Below, piece by piece: positions 1 to 11,766 of a stretch of 64,000 nucleotides of DNA. Where the stretch lies: positions 3,039 to 67,038 of the forward strand of contig VXOS01000142.1 in the NCBI GenBank assembly GCA_009839925.1, given 5' to 3'. Positions within the stretch are counted from its first letter, which is position 1. Every line of letters begins with the position of its first letter. Source of the DNA: Chloroflexota bacterium. Lineage in GTDB: Bacteria; Chloroflexota; Dehalococcoidia; UBA2979. The translations under genes were made by a program, and so were the position numbers. The notes beneath the pieces are model-generated. The model was not told where the DNA came from. It did not search any database and was given only the letters and a program-made list of their open reading frames with translations.

Positions 1-2
1 AC

Positions 3-869
3 CACCTCGACTTCCACGGCAGCGTCGAGGCCTACCGCGCGGCGAAGCTGCGGCTCTTCGAGCGGCTCTCTCGCGGCGCGGTCCTCAACGCCGACGACCC
101 GGAGTACGCGCGCTTCGCCGAGGCGAGCAGCGCGCCGGTGCTCAGCTACGCCCTCGAAGCGGCGTCGGCCGACCTGACCGCACGCCGCATCGACAACGTC
201 GGCGACGGCTCGACCTTCGAGCTGGTGACGCCGGAGGTCTCGCTGCACGCGCAGGTGCGTCTGCCCGGCCGCTTCAACGTCGCCAATGCGCTGGCGGCGT
301 TCGGCGCGGTGGTCGCGCTCGACCTCGATCCCTACATGGCGAGCGTCGGCATCTCGCAGACGCCCGGGGTACCGGGGCGGCTGCAGCGCGTGCTGACCAC
401 CCCGATCGGCGTCGTGGTGGATTACGCGCACACCGGCGACGCGCTGGCGAACGTCCTCGAGCTGCTGCGCGGGCTCACCGACGGGCGGCTGATCGCCGTC
501 TTCGGCGCGGCCGGCGAGCGCCCGCGAGCGCGGCGCACGGGCATGGCCGAGGCCGCCGCGCGCCAGGCCGACTACGCCGTGCTGACCGAGGAGGACTCCC
601 GCTCCGAACCCACCGACGAGATCATCGACGAGATCGCGCGGGCGATGACGGCCGAGGGCGCGGCGGAGGGGCGGCGCTTCGAGCGCGTACCGGACCGCGC
701 CGACGCGATCGCGCGCGCGATCGCGCTCGCCGAGCAGGGCGACGTGGTCCTGATCGCCGGCAAGGGCCACGAGCCGACGATCGAGCGCGCCGACGGCTCG
801 CACCCCTGGGACGACGCCGAGGCCGCACGCGAGGCGCTGCGCGAGCGCTTTGCCGAGCCCGACGATTGA
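3..869 (+). CDS. murE: UDP-N-acetylmuramoyl-L-alanyl-D-glutamate--2,6-diaminopimelate ligase (MurE), C-terminal part; the 5' end lies outside the window
   Basis: The frame is open from position 3 (HLDFHGSVEAYRAAKLRLF...). The Mur ligase C-terminal domain motifs GRFNVANALAA, VVDYAHTGDAL and GKGHE match the MurE C-terminus. Confidence 0.8.
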   Translation, partial: HLDFHGSVEAYRAAKLRLFERLSRGAVLNADDPEYARFAEASSAPVLSYALEAASADLTARRIDNVGDGSTFELVTPEVSLHAQVRLPGRFNVANALAAFGAVVALDLDPYMASVGISQTPGVPGRLQRVLTTPIGVVVDYAHTGDALANVLELLRGLTDGRLIAVFGAAGERPRARRTGMAEAAARQADYAVLTEEDSRSEPTDEIIDEIARAMTAEGAAEGRRFERVPDRADAIARAIALAEQGDVVLIAGKGHEPTIERADGSHPWDDAEAAREALRERFAEPDD

Positions 870-931
870 CCATAGGCTGACTCACGCTCGCGGGAGCACC
901 CCGCAGCGGCTGCGCGAAGGGAGCGCACGCG

Positions 932-2311
932 ATGACGACAGCAACGCAGTCCGGAGCGGGGAGCCTCGACGACCAGGCGATCGCCGGCCTCGAGGCGTCC
1001 GACCTCGCGCACCTGCTCCACCCGCAGTACTACGCGCCGGACCACACGCACCCGGTGATCTACGACCACGGCGAGGGCGTGTGGCTGACCGACGTGCGCG
1101 GGCGGAGCTACATCGACGGGCTCGCCTCGCTCTGGAACGTCGCGATCGGCCACGGCCGTGCCGAGCTGGCCGACGTGGCGGCGGAGCAGATGCGCAAGGC
1201 CGCCTTCGTCAACAACTACACCGGCTACTCGAACGTCCCCGCCATCGAACTCGCGGCGAAGCTCACCGGCGGCCTCGCTTACGACAACCTGCAGGGCGTG
1301 TTCTTCACCAACTCGGGTTCCGAGGCGAACGAGGGCGCGGCCAAGACGGCGCGCTTCTACTGGAACCTGCGCGGGCGGCCGGACAAGGTGAAGATCATCG
1401 CCCGTCCTCGCGCCTACCACGGCGGCACGCTGCTCACGACGGCAATGACGGGTCTGCCGCCGTTCTGGAAGTACTTCGGCCCCCTGCCCGCCGAGGTCGT
1501 CCATGCGACCGAGCCCGAGGACCCCTGCGAGTGCGTGCCCAACACGGACGGCGAGTGCGCCTGCTGGCTGGATACGGTGATCGAGCGCGAGGGCGCGGAG
1601 ACGATCGCGGCGCTGATCGCCGAGCCGGTCAAGGGCGCCGGCGGCGTCTGGGTGCCCTCCGACGAGTACTTCGCGCAGGTGCGCGAGATCTGCGATCGCA
1701 ACGAGATCCTGTTCATCGCCGACGAGGTGATCACCGGCTACGGGCGCACCGGCCACTGGTTCGCCCTCGAACACTGGGGCGTGCAGCCGGACATCATGAC
1801 GATGTCGAAGGCGATCACCTCCGGCTACGTGCCGCTCGGCGGCTTCCTCGTGAGCGGCGAGATCATGGACGCCCTGCAGGACCTGCCGCCGGACGCGCGC
1901 TTCATGCACGCCTACACCAACAGCGCGCACCCGACGGCCTGCGCCGTGGCCCTGCGCAACCTGCAGATCATCGAGGACGAGAACCTGGTCGAGGACGCCG
2001 CCGCGATGGGCGAACGCCTCGGCGAGGGTCTCGCCTCGGAGCTGGGCGACCACCCACACGTCGACAACATCCGCCGCCTCGGGCTGATGGCTGGGCTCTC
2101 GCTCGTGCGCGACCGCGCGAGCGGCGAGCGCTTCGACCCCTCCGAGGGCACGGGCGGCCGCGTCGCGCGCCACATGCGCGAGGAGGGCGCCGTCATCACC
2201 CGCTTCGTCGTCGACGAGATCGTCGTCGCCCCGCCGCTCGTGGTGCAGCCCGAGGAGATCGACCAGATCGTCGGCGCCATCTCGGCCGCCGTGCGCGCCG
2301 TGACGGAGTAG
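932..2311 (+). CDS. Class-III PLP-dependent aminotransferase (omega-transaminase family)
   Basis: 459 aa. Fold-type I class III signature, including the PLP-lysine region MSKAITSGYVPLGG, the FFTNSGSEANE block and ADEVITGYGRTG. Confidence 0.85.
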   Translation: MTTATQSGAGSLDDQAIAGLEASDLAHLLHPQYYAPDHTHPVIYDHGEGVWLTDVRGRSYIDGLASLWNVAIGHGRAELADVAAEQMRKAAFVNNYTGYSNVPAIELAAKLTGGLAYDNLQGVFFTNSGSEANEGAAKTARFYWNLRGRPDKVKIIARPRAYHGGTLLTTAMTGLPPFWKYFGPLPAEVVHATEPEDPCECVPNTDGECACWLDTVIEREGAETIAALIAEPVKGAGGVWVPSDEYFAQVREICDRNEILFIADEVITGYGRTGHWFALEHWGVQPDIMTMSKAITSGYVPLGGFLVSGEIMDALQDLPPDARFMHAYTNSAHPTACAVALRNLQIIEDENLVEDAAAMGERLGEGLASELGDHPHVDNIRRLGLMAGLSLVRDRASGERFDPSEGTGGRVARHMREEGAVITRFVVDEIVVAPPLVVQPEEIDQIVGAISAAVRAVTE

Positions 2312-2346
2312 CGGGGGACGCAGGCCCGGGCGACGAGGCCAGGGCG

Positions 2347-2763
2347 CTACTGGCGTCGCGCCCGCTCGATGGCCTCGGGCACTGAGACGGCGACGTCCGG
2401 GGCGCCTTCGACAATCGCGCCGTCGAGCGTCGCCAGAGGCACACCCAGCGTTCTAGCCAGAACGACGAACTCCGCGTCGTAGGCTGTAAGGCCGCACTCC
2501 AGCGCCGTGTCGATCACCCGATCGTGCGGCACATCCTCGACGCGATCACCAAGCGCCCGGGCGGCATCGTCACACATGGATTTGACATGATCCGGACCGA
2601 GGACTCCGCGGCGGACGAACCCGAGCAGCACGTTTCGCAACTCGCTCATGAGGATCGTCGGCGCGGCCCACTCCGGATCCTCCGCATAGAGCAGGGCCGC
2701 ATCGGCGCTGCCATCGTCGCCCACAACGAACTGAACCACGACGTTCGTATCCGCGACGATCAA
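2347..2763 (-). CDS. vapC: PIN-domain ribonuclease toxin VapC
   Basis: 138 aa. N-terminal MIVADTNVV is the PIN acidic-residue signature. Overlaps the upstream antitoxin gene by 4 nt. Confidence 0.8.
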   Translation of the reverse strand: MIVADTNVVVQFVVGDDGSADAALLYAEDPEWAAPTILMSELRNVLLGFVRRGVLGPDHVKSMCDDAARALGDRVEDVPHDRVIDTALECGLTAYDAEFVVLARTLGVPLATLDGAIVEGAPDVAVSVPEAIERARRQ

Positions 2764-3002
2764 GGCCGTCCTTCGTTCTTCAGCTTGTTGATGGTCTCAT
2801 TGCTGACGTCGATGTCTCCGAAGGTGTCGCGGCGTGCCCGGATCCGTTCCAGCAGCTCCGCGGTGTCAACCGTGCTGCCTCGAACCGAGGTTGTCAGCCT
2901 GGCCAGGATCTCTCCGTTCAGGCTGCGGTGGTTACGGCTCGCGGCAGACTTGAGCTCGCGATGCACGTCCTCGGGGAGACCTCGAAGCGCCACGTCCGGC
3001 AC
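2760..3002 (-). CDS. vapB: Ribbon-helix-helix antitoxin (VapB/FitA-like plasmid-stability family)
   Basis: 80 aa. The motif LRGLPEDVHRELKSAASRNHRSLNGEI is typical of Arc/CopG-like antitoxins. Translationally coupled to the VapC gene. Confidence 0.65.
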   Translation of the reverse strand: MPDVALRGLPEDVHRELKSAASRNHRSLNGEILARLTTSVRGSTVDTAELLERIRARRDTFGDIDVSNETINKLKNEGRP

Positions 3003-3075
3003 GACATCCTCCTCAGCGCGGTCGACATCGAAATGATATCAGAATGATGTCGCCTGGGCGGCAAGAGGCCGCCCG

Positions 3076-3345
3076 CTACCCCGCCGGCGCACCCTCCGTC
3101 ACCTCGAGGGCGAAGTCCTCGATGACCGGGTTGGCGAGGAGGCGCTCGCACATCTCGCGCGCGGCCGCCTCGGCGGCGCCGGCGTCGGCAGCCTCGAGGG
3201 TGATCTCGATGCGCTTGCCGACGCGGACCTCGCGCACGCCGTCGAAGCCGAGGTTGCGCAACCCGTCCGCGACGGCGAGGCCTTGCGGGTCGTTGACCAG
3301 CGGCTTCAGCATCACGTCGATGCGCGCGAGGTAGGACTGCGTCAC
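3076..3345 (-). CDS. purS: Phosphoribosylformylglycinamidine synthase subunit PurS
   Basis: 89 aa. KPLVNDPQG / GLRNLGF blocks are characteristic of PurS. Overlaps purC by 4 nt. Confidence 0.85.
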   Translation of the reverse strand: MTQSYLARIDVMLKPLVNDPQGLAVADGLRNLGFDGVREVRVGKRIEITLEAADAGAAEAAAREMCERLLANPVIEDFALEVTEGAPAG

Positions 3346-4247
3346 GCGCTCGTTCCCGGCAGGGGTTCGCCGGTGATCAGCCGGTACGCCTCGGTGTAGC
3401 GCTCCGCGCTGGCCGCGACGACCTCGGCCGGCAGCTCGGGGGCCGGAGGCTCGCGGTCCCAGCCGGCGTTGGTCAACCAGTCGCGTACGTACTGCTTGTC
3501 GAACGAGGGCTGATCGCGGCCGGCCTGGTACTGGTCGGCCGGCCAGAAGCGCGAGGAGTCCGGGGTCAGCACCTCGTCGATCAGCGTGATCTCGCCGTCG
3601 AGCAAGCCGAACTCGAACTTCGTGTCCGCGATGATCACGCCGCGCTCGCGCGCGACGCCGGCTGCGTAGCCGTAGAGCGCCAGCGATCGCAGCTTCAGCA
3701 CGTTCGCCGTGTCCGGGCCGACGAACTCCTCGACCTCCTCGTAGGTCATCGGCATGTCGTGGCCTTCGGCGGCCTTCGTGGTGGGGGTGAAGAGCGGATC
3801 AACCAGCTGCTGCGCCTCCTGCAGCCCCTCCGGCAGCTCGATGCCGCAGACGGAGCCGGAGCGCTGGTACTCGGCCCAGCCGGAGCCGACGAGGTAGCCG
3901 CGCACGACGCACTCGACCAGGATTGGTTCGGCCTTGCGCACGACCATCGATCGGCCGACCAACTGCGGGTCGTCGGGCGCGCCGTAGCTCGCCGCCTCGC
4001 CCGCCTCGAGGACCGCGACCATGTGGTTGGGCACGACCGAGGCGGTGCGGTCGAACCAGTGGGCGGAGAGCCGCGTCAGCACCTCGCCCTTGTGCGGGAT
4101 GCCGTTCGGCATCACCACGTCGTAGGCGGAGATGCGGTCCGTGGCGACCATCAACAGACGGTCGTCCGGGAGGTCGTAGAGCTCGCGCACCTTGCCTTCG
4201 TGCACCTTGCCCTCCAGGTCCGTCCCGAGCAGTGGAGCTGCTGTCAT
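3342..4247 (-). CDS. purC: SAICAR synthetase (phosphoribosylaminoimidazole-succinocarboxamide synthase)
   Basis: 301 aa. GKVRELYD...DRISAYD and IIADTKFEFG motifs. Confidence 0.9.
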   Translation of the reverse strand: MTAAPLLGTDLEGKVHEGKVRELYDLPDDRLLMVATDRISAYDVVMPNGIPHKGEVLTRLSAHWFDRTASVVPNHMVAVLEAGEAASYGAPDDPQLVGRSMVVRKAEPILVECVVRGYLVGSGWAEYQRSGSVCGIELPEGLQEAQQLVDPLFTPTTKAAEGHDMPMTYEEVEEFVGPDTANVLKLRSLALYGYAAGVARERGVIIADTKFEFGLLDGEITLIDEVLTPDSSRFWPADQYQAGRDQPSFDKQYVRDWLTNAGWDREPPAPELPAEVVAASAERYTEAYRLITGEPLPGTSA

Positions 4248-4272
4248 TCGTTACTCCGTTTCCCGTACCCGT

Positions 4273-5568
<1,296 letters not shown>

Positions 5569-5595
5569 CTGGTGACTCCGCTACCGCGAGAGGGA

Positions 5596-5934
5596 TCAGT
5601 CATCGGCGAAGTCCTCACGTACAGGCGAGAAGACCTCGATCAGCGTGGAGTCCTCGAGGGCCACGACGTGGTGCGGCACATCGCCGGGAATCAGGTACGA
5701 GGAGCCGGGGCCGAGCTCGGACTCGACGGCGCCGATCCGGAAGCGGACGCGCCCCGCGGCGACGTGGCCGGCCTGCTCGTGCGGGTGCGTGTGCTCCGGC
5801 ACCTCGGCGTCCGGCTGCAGCTGGATCTCGACGAAGGTAAGGCGGTCGCCGGAGACGAGCGTGCGGCGCGTCACGCCGGGAAACTGCGCGACGGGGCTGA
5901 GGTTCTCGTAGCTGCGGATCCGGATCTCGCTCAT
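5596..5934 (-). CDS. Cupin-domain protein
   Basis: Internal start MSEIRIRS. Cupin metal-site-like motif HTHPHEQAGHV...G. The ORF track extends it artificially to 5982. Confidence 0.6.
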   Translation of the reverse strand: MSEIRIRSYENLSPVAQFPGVTRRTLVSGDRLTFVEIQLQPDAEVPEHTHPHEQAGHVAAGRVRFRIGAVESELGPGSSYLIPGDVPHHVVALEDSTLIEVFSPVREDFADD

Positions 5935-5959
5935 CGCGCTGCTCCCGCCTCGCGCGCGG

Positions 5960-6430
5960 CTAGCGCCGCGCCTGCTCCTCACGATACGCCGCCAGTGTCG
6001 TTGCGATCTCCGGGTGCGAGAGCGCGAGGATGCGCGCGGCGTAGACGGCCGCGTTGCGCGCCCCCCAGCTGCCGATGCTCATCGCCGCTACGGGCACGCC
6101 GGGCGGCATCTGCGCGATCGCGTAGAGCGCGTCCACGCCGTTGAGCGGGGACGACGCGATCGGCACGCCGATCACGGGCAGCGGACTGTAGGCCGCTGCG
6201 ACGCCGGGCAGCGCCGCTGCTCCGCCCGCCGCCGCGATGAGCACCTCGAAGCCCGCATCGGCGGCGCCGAGGCAGAACTCGCGGACGGCGTCCGGCGTGC
6301 GGTGAGCCGACATCACGTGCTGCTCGTAGGGGATGCCGAGGCGTTCCAGCAACTGGCCGCAACCCGACATCTCGTCTTCGTCCGAGGCCGATCCCATCAC
6401 GATCGCGACCAGCGCACCGTCAGCCATCAA
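5960..6430 (-). CDS. purE: N5-carboxyaminoimidazole ribonucleotide mutase PurE
   Basis: 156 aa. VAIVMGSASDEDEM, AAGGAAALPGV and PVIGVPI motifs. Confidence 0.9.
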   Translation of the reverse strand: MMADGALVAIVMGSASDEDEMSGCGQLLERLGIPYEQHVMSAHRTPDAVREFCLGAADAGFEVLIAAAGGAAALPGVAAAYSPLPVIGVPIASSPLNGVDALYAIAQMPPGVPVAAMSIGSWGARNAAVYAARILALSHPEIATTLAAYREEQARR

Positions 6431-6488
6431 TCCGCCCTCCGTCTTCGGTTCTCGTCTGCCTCTTCATTCGCAGTCTCTCACGCTCGTC

Positions 6489-6926
6489 TCAGGCCGGCCG
6501 CATCGAGCCGCCGCCGAGGATCGGGTCCGGTCCGGCAATGACCTGCGCCAACTCGCGGCTCGCCGCCGAGCGCTCGTGGCGGTCGCCGACGGCCGCCCCC
6601 CGCCTGCCGCCGTCCTCGATCACGACGTGCAGCCGCTGCTGCACGATGCCGGCGAGCATCCCCAGGTCGGCGGCGCGGAGGCGGCGGCGGACCTCCTCGT
6701 CGCTCGCGCGCACGTTGCGGATCACGAACTCGCGATCGCCGTCGAGGCCGTAGATGATCGCCTCGACCATCGCCGCCTCGCTCTCGCCACCCTCGGGCCA
6801 GATCGCCACGAAGTGGATGCACGGCTCGCTCGTCCGCGTGCCCGTCGTCGACCAGAACTCGGACTCGAGGGCGCGGCGGCACTCGGGCATCGGGCAGCGC
6901 AGCGGGCTCGGGTCGCGCGTCGTCAT
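6489..6926 (-). CDS. Hypothetical protein, translationally coupled to purD
   Basis: 146-aa ORF starting MTTRDPSP. Its ATG overlaps the purD stop (ATGA). Non-repetitive composition (CPMPEC...VAIWPEGGESEAAMVEAIIYGLDG). The longer 325-aa version in the track is a GC-frame artefact. Confidence 0.45.
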   Translation of the reverse strand: MTTRDPSPLRCPMPECRRALESEFWSTTGTRTSEPCIHFVAIWPEGGESEAAMVEAIIYGLDGDREFVIRNVRASDEEVRRRLRAADLGMLAGIVQQRLHVVIEDGGRRGAAVGDRHERSAASRELAQVIAGPDPILGGGSMRPA

Positions 6927-8212
6927 GCACCGCCGTCCATCCCGCCCTCGCGTGCGCCGATGTCCGTGCGGTAGTGCGCGCCCTCGAAGCTGATCGCTCG
7001 CACCCGGTCGTAGGCGGTCGCGCGCGCCTCGGCGAGGCTGGCGCCGCTCGCGACGACGCAGAGCACGCGGCCCCCAGCGGTGCGCAGCACGCCGGCCTCG
7101 TCTCGCTGCGCGCCCGCGAGGAAGACCTGCACTCCGTAGTCCGAACCACCGACGCCGCTGATCGGGAGGCCGGTCTCGTAGCCGCCGGGGTATCCGCCCG
7201 AGGCCATCACCACGCCGACCGTGGCCTCGTCCGACCACTCGACCTTGACGTCCGCGAGGCGGCCATGCGCGACGGCCTCGCAGATCTCGAGCAGGTCCGA
7301 GCGCAGGCGCGGCAGTAGCGCCTCCGCCTCCGGGTCGCCGAAGCGGCAGTTGAACTCGATCACCCTCGGGCCGTCCGCGGTCATCATCATGCCGGGGTAG
7401 AGCACGCCCCGGTATTCGCGGCCGGAGGCGCTGAGGGCGGCGACGGCGCGCTCGGTCACCTCGCACTCGATCGCGCGCGCGTCCTCCTCGGCGAGCCAGC
7501 CGGGCGGTGAGTAGACGCCCATGCCGCCGGTGTTGGGGCCGCGGTCGCCGTCGAAGACCGGCTTGTGGTCGCAGCTGAACGGCATGTGCGCGACGCTCGT
7601 GCCGTCGGTGAAGGCGTGCGCCGAGGTCTCCGGACCGCGCAGCCGCTGCTCGACGAGGACGCGCGCGCCGGCCTCGCCGAAGACGCCTCCCACCATCGCC
7701 GCCTCGATCGCCGCGAGGGCTTCCCCGGGCGTGTCGCAGACGGCGACGCCCTTGCCGGCGGCGAGGCCGTCGGCCTTCACAACGTGCTCGCCGCCGAAGC
7801 GCCGCACGTAGTGCATTGCGGCCTCGGGGTCGTCGAAGGTGGCCGCGTGGCCGGTCTCGATGCCGGCGTCGTGCATCAGCTCCTTGGCGAAGGACTTCGA
7901 TGACTCGATCTTCGCCGCGGCTTGCGAGGGCCCGAAGACCGGGACGCCCTCGGCGCGCAGCGCGTCGGCGACGCCCGCCGCGAGCGGCGCCTCCGGCCCG
8001 ACGATCGCGAGCGCCTCGCGCAGCCGCGCGGCCGCCGCGACGACGGCGGCGCCGTCATTCTCATCGAGACCGGCGAGGTTCTCGCCGTACTGCGCCGTCC
8101 CGGCGTTGCCCGGCGCGCTGCTGAGGCTGCCGAGGCGCGGCGACTGCGCGAGCTTCCAGGCGATCGCGTGCTCGCGGCCGCCGCCGCCGAGCAGGAGGAC
8201 GTTCGTGCTCAT
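6923..8212 (-). CDS. purD: Phosphoribosylamine--glycine ligase
   Basis: 429 aa. ATP-grasp PurD signature [29 protein letters not shown] and [10 protein letters not shown]. Confidence 0.9.
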   Translation of the reverse strand: MSTNVLLLGGGGREHAIAWKLAQSPRLGSLSSAPGNAGTAQYGENLAGLDENDGAAVVAAAARLREALAIVGPEAPLAAGVADALRAEGVPVFGPSQAAAKIESSKSFAKELMHDAGIETGHAATFDDPEAAMHYVRRFGGEHVVKADGLAAGKGVAVCDTPGEALAAIEAAMVGGVFGEAGARVLVEQRLRGPETSAHAFTDGTSVAHMPFSCDHKPVFDGDRGPNTGGMGVYSPPGWLAEEDARAIECEVTERAVAALSASGREYRGVLYPGMMMTADGPRVIEFNCRFGDPEAEALLPRLRSDLLEICEAVAHGRLADVKVEWSDEATVGVVMASGGYPGGYETGLPISGVGGSDYGVQVFLAGAQRDEAGVLRTAGGRVLCVVASGASLAEARATAYDRVRAISFEGAHYRTDIGAREGGMDGGA

Positions 8213-8233
8213 CGCGCCCTCCGGCTCACCGGC

Positions 8234-9913
8234 CTACTCCCACTCGATCGTGCCGGGGGGCTTCGAGGTGATGTCGTAGACGACGCGGTTGACCTCTGGA
8301 ACCTCGTTCACGATGCGGCGCGAGATGACCGAGAGCAGGTCGTAGGGGAGGCGCGCCCAGTCCGCCGTCATCGCGTCCTCGGCGGTGACGCAGCGCAGCG
8401 CGATGCAGAAGCCGTAGGTGCGGCCGTCGCCCTGCACGCCGACCGTGCGCGTGTCCGTCAGCACGGCGAACGACTGCCAGAGGTCGTAGTACACCGCTGC
8501 GTTCTTGATCTCGTCCATCACGATCCAGTCGGCGCGGCGCAGGATGTCGAGCTTGTCGCGCGTCACCTCGCCGATCACGCGGATCGCGAGGCCGGGACCG
8601 GGGAAGGGCTGGCGGTAGACCATCTCGTCGGGCAGACCCAGCTCCTTGCCGACGCGCCGCACCTCGTCCTTGAAGAGGTTGCGCAGCGGCTCGATCAGCG
8701 AGAGCTCCATGTCCTTCGGCAGGCCGCCCACGTTGTGGTGCGTCTTGATCTTCGCCGTCGCGTCCGTGCCGCTCGAGGCGGACTCGATCACGTCGGGGTA
8801 GGTGGTGCCCTGGACGATGTAGTTGACGTCGCCGATGCCGCGCGCCTGCTCCTCGAAGACGCGGATGAAGGTCTCGCCGATGCGGATCCGCTTCGTCTCC
8901 GGGTTCGTCACCTCGGCGAGGTCGGCGAGGAAGCGATCGGCGGCGTCGATGTGGCGCAGATCGATCGACATGTGGCCGCGGAAGGTGTTGACCACACGCT
9001 CCGGCTCCTCCGCGCGAAGCAGGCCGTTGTCGACGAAGATGCAGGTCAGCTGGTCGCCGACGGCGGCGTGCACCAGCGTCGCCGCCACGGCGGAGTCGAC
9101 GCCTCCGGAGAGCGCGCAGATCACCTGGCCGTCGCCAACCTGTTCGCGCGTCGTGCGGATCGACTCCTCGATGAAGTTGGCGGCGGTCCAGTCGCCCGAG
9201 CAGCCGGCGACCTCGAAGAGGAAATTGCGCAGCAGCTGACTGCCCTGCGGCGTGTGCACCACCTCCGGGTGGAACTGGATGCCGAGGCAGCCCGTGTCGT
9301 TCGACATCGCAGCGATCGGCGAGTCGTCCGAGTGGGCGACGGAGCGGAAGCCGGGCGGCAGCTCGACGATGCGGTCGGCGTGCGACATCCAGACGGGCAT
9401 CGTCGCCGGCAGGTCGTGCAGCAGACCGTGCGCGGGCTCGGAGAGCGTGATCACCGCGTGCCCGTACTCGCGCCGCGAGGCCGGGGCGACGCGCCCGCCG
9501 AGCGACTGCGCCAGCAGCTGCATCCCGTAGCAGATGCCGAGCACCGGCAGCCCCGATGCCACGACATAAGGCGGAAGGGTAGGCGCGCCCTCGTCGTAGA
9601 CGGAGGCCGGGCCGCCGGAGAGCACGAAGCCCTTGACCTTGAGGTGCGAGAGCTTCTCCGAGGGTGTGTCCCAGGGCGCGAGCTCGGCGTAGACGCCGGC
9701 CTCGCGGATGCGGCGCGTGATCAGCATCGAGAACTGCGAGCCGTAGTCGAGGACGACGATCGCCTCGGGGGCCTCGGGGGCGGGCGTCAGCAGCTGGCCG
9801 GGCTCGCGCGCCTCGGCGATCTCGAGGTAGGTGCTGACCTCGCTGTCGCCCGAGGTGCGGATGCGATCACCCGACCCTGCGACCGTCGCGGACGCTTCGC
9901 TCGTGTCGACCAT
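8234..9913 (-). CDS. guaA: GMP synthase (glutamine-hydrolysing)
   Basis: 559 aa. GATase domain GICYGMQ and ATP-PPase domain SGGVDSAV. The N-terminal ~50-aa extension suggests the true start may be internal. Confidence 0.9.
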   Translation of the reverse strand: MVDTSEASATVAGSGDRIRTSGDSEVSTYLEIAEAREPGQLLTPAPEAPEAIVVLDYGSQFSMLITRRIREAGVYAELAPWDTPSEKLSHLKVKGFVLSGGPASVYDEGAPTLPPYVVASGLPVLGICYGMQLLAQSLGGRVAPASRREYGHAVITLSEPAHGLLHDLPATMPVWMSHADRIVELPPGFRSVAHSDDSPIAAMSNDTGCLGIQFHPEVVHTPQGSQLLRNFLFEVAGCSGDWTAANFIEESIRTTREQVGDGQVICALSGGVDSAVAATLVHAAVGDQLTCIFVDNGLLRAEEPERVVNTFRGHMSIDLRHIDAADRFLADLAEVTNPETKRIRIGETFIRVFEEQARGIGDVNYIVQGTTYPDVIESASSGTDATAKIKTHHNVGGLPKDMELSLIEPLRNLFKDEVRRVGKELGLPDEMVYRQPFPGPGLAIRVIGEVTRDKLDILRRADWIVMDEIKNAAVYYDLWQSFAVLTDTRTVGVQGDGRTYGFCIALRCVTAEDAMTADWARLPYDLLSVISRRIVNEVPEVNRVVYDITSKPPGTIEWE

Positions 9914-10211
9914 CGCGCCCTTGGTGGGTGGGGAGTCCGTCAGAACGCGATCCTATCGGCGCGCCCGAGCCGGGTCAACGCGCGGGGGCCGCGCGGGCCT
10001 GCCGGCGTGGCGCTCCAGCGCGCCCTCCATGCCGATGTGCCGGGTGAGCGGCCCGCCGTTCGGGCCTCGAACGTTGTCGCTAGTGTAGGCGTGACCGCCT
10101 GGGAAGCTCTTGGGTCAGCTGCGCGCTCGTCCCGAACCCGCCGATACTCACCCTAGTCCCTATTCAGTAGGCCGGTGAGTGCCGTGCAGGGGCGGGTCAG
10201 AGAAGGCCTCG

Positions 10212-11603
10212 TCACTCGCTCGCACCCCAGCCGGGGATCTCCACGGACGCGATGATCTGATCGAAGAGGGCGTTGATCCCTGCCTTGTCGGCCGCGTCAT
10301 CCGGTATCCACCGGCCTGTCACGGCGCCGGTGTCGCTGTCGAAGGACAGACGGGCCCCAGTCTCCGCATCCACCACGGCAAGGGAGTAGACGCCACCGGC
10401 GTAGCCTCCCCCCCTCACTTCAATGGTCACGCCTGCCGGTATCCGGATGACGACCTCTGAAGCGCCATCCAGGCGGTAGCGCCCAGGTCCCGTGACCGGT
10501 TCGTTCTCTATCTGGCGGATGCCGTCGGGCCCCACATCCCACGGCGGCGGCCTCCAACGGAAGCTGAGGGGCTGGACCTCGTCCCTCAGCCGTGGCCCGT
10601 CGCAGTCGAACCGGATCAACTGCACTTCCTCGATCACCAGGAGCTTGCGCGCCGGCGTTCCCGGAGGATCCGGCTTCACCTCCAGCACCTTGAAGCGGTT
10701 GTAGCAGTCGTCCCCCCGCCACCAGTCGAAGGTGTCGCCCGCCACGACCGTGTCGTAGAACGCCGCCCGCGAGGCGCCGCCCGCATCGGACTGGTGGATC
10801 AGCAAGCCAAAGGAGCCATCAATGGGCCGTTCGAGCGTGCTCCCGAGGTCGTTCACGTCGGAGAGGAACGCGTAGCTGCCCTGCGCCGTCACCGCGCCCG
10901 TCGTGTGCAGGTTGTAAGGCAGGTTTGTCGTAGGAGGCGGGGCGCAGGTCTCCTCGAGCCCGAGGGAGGCGAGGTCGTGGCTGGCCACAGCCAGCAGGGC
11001 GACGGGGAGGCAGCCTGTGAGCTCGTTCTCGCCCAGGAACAGCGCCGAGAGGCTGGACAGGCTCACGAGCTCGGACGGGATGCCTCCGCCGAGCTTGTTC
11101 GAGCTCAGGTCCAGGATCGTCAGCGCCGTCAGCTTGCCGAGGGCGGGCGGCAGCCGGCCGTCGAGCCCGCGCGTCGCCAGCGCCAGCGCCGTCACGCGTG
11201 CGGGCGCGCCGCTCACCGTCACGCCCTCCCAGCTCGCGATCGTCAGCGTCGCGCTCCAATTGAGCGGGGCCGTGCCGCGCAGCTCGTCGCCCAGGCCGAG
11301 CAGCGCGGCGCAGTCCGAGGCGAGTGCGTCGCCGCCCGCGCCCACGGCGCCTCCGTCGATGCACTGCCGCCCGGGCGCAGCCTTGGGTGCGGCCTCGGGG
11401 GTCGCGCGGGCGGCTGTCTCCGGAGTCGGCCTCTCGGTGGCCTCGGGCGTGGCCGTCGCCGTCGGCGTGGGTGTCCCGCTGTCCTCGGTCGTCACCACGG
11501 GCGTCGCGGGCGTGGGTCGTGGCGCGTCGCCGCCCGTGCAGGCGAACGCCGCCGCCAGCAACAGCGGCGCGAGCGCGGCGAGGGCTGCGCGGCGCATCCG
11601 CAT
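10212..11603 (-). CDS. Secreted lipoprotein with leucine-rich repeats
   Basis: Start MRMRRAALAALAPLLLAAAFAC gives a signal peptide plus lipobox cysteine. A Pro/Thr-rich linker is followed by LRR units (LTALTILDLSSNKLGGGIPSEL, LSALFLGENELTG). Confidence 0.7.
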   Translation of the reverse strand: MRMRRAALAALAPLLLAAAFACTGGDAPRPTPATPVVTTEDSGTPTPTATATPEATERPTPETAARATPEAAPKAAPGRQCIDGGAVGAGGDALASDCAALLGLGDELRGTAPLNWSATLTIASWEGVTVSGAPARVTALALATRGLDGRLPPALGKLTALTILDLSSNKLGGGIPSELVSLSSLSALFLGENELTGCLPVALLAVASHDLASLGLEETCAPPPTTNLPYNLHTTGAVTAQGSYAFLSDVNDLGSTLERPIDGSFGLLIHQSDAGGASRAAFYDTVVAGDTFDWWRGDDCYNRFKVLEVKPDPPGTPARKLLVIEEVQLIRFDCDGPRLRDEVQPLSFRWRPPPWDVGPDGIRQIENEPVTGPGRYRLDGASEVVIRIPAGVTIEVRGGGYAGGVYSLAVVDAETGARLSFDSDTGAVTGRWIPDDAADKAGINALFDQIIASVEIPGWGASE

Positions 11604-11766
11604 GGCCTGCTCCCGGCGCCGCGTCCGCATCACGCGGACATTGCCTTGCATGATAGGCGGTGCGGCGTTCCCGCTGATGGTACGCACCCGGACCGCGCGC
11701 GGTTTCCCTGGAGGCCCGCGGGCTATACTCGCCCGTGAGACGAAGGCGCGCGGACGGGGGACGAGG

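Noticed and set aside
572-2173. Long minus-strand ORF (533 aa) and many similar long ORFs in the track (e.g. 850-2385+, 4192-6144+, 6489-7466-, 7922-10156+, 10819-12900-, 13441-15420-, 15137-16747-, 21270-22544-, 22244-23992-, 41355-42428+)
   Set aside because: They are Arg/Ala/Gly/Pro-rich translations of the opposite or shifted frame of confidently identified genes in a ~70% GC genome. They have no motifs and overlap real genes completely.
9914-10211. Purine riboswitch upstream of guaA
   Set aside because: No recognisable purine-riboswitch core (conserved U-rich junction and P2/P3 loops) in the GC-rich leader.
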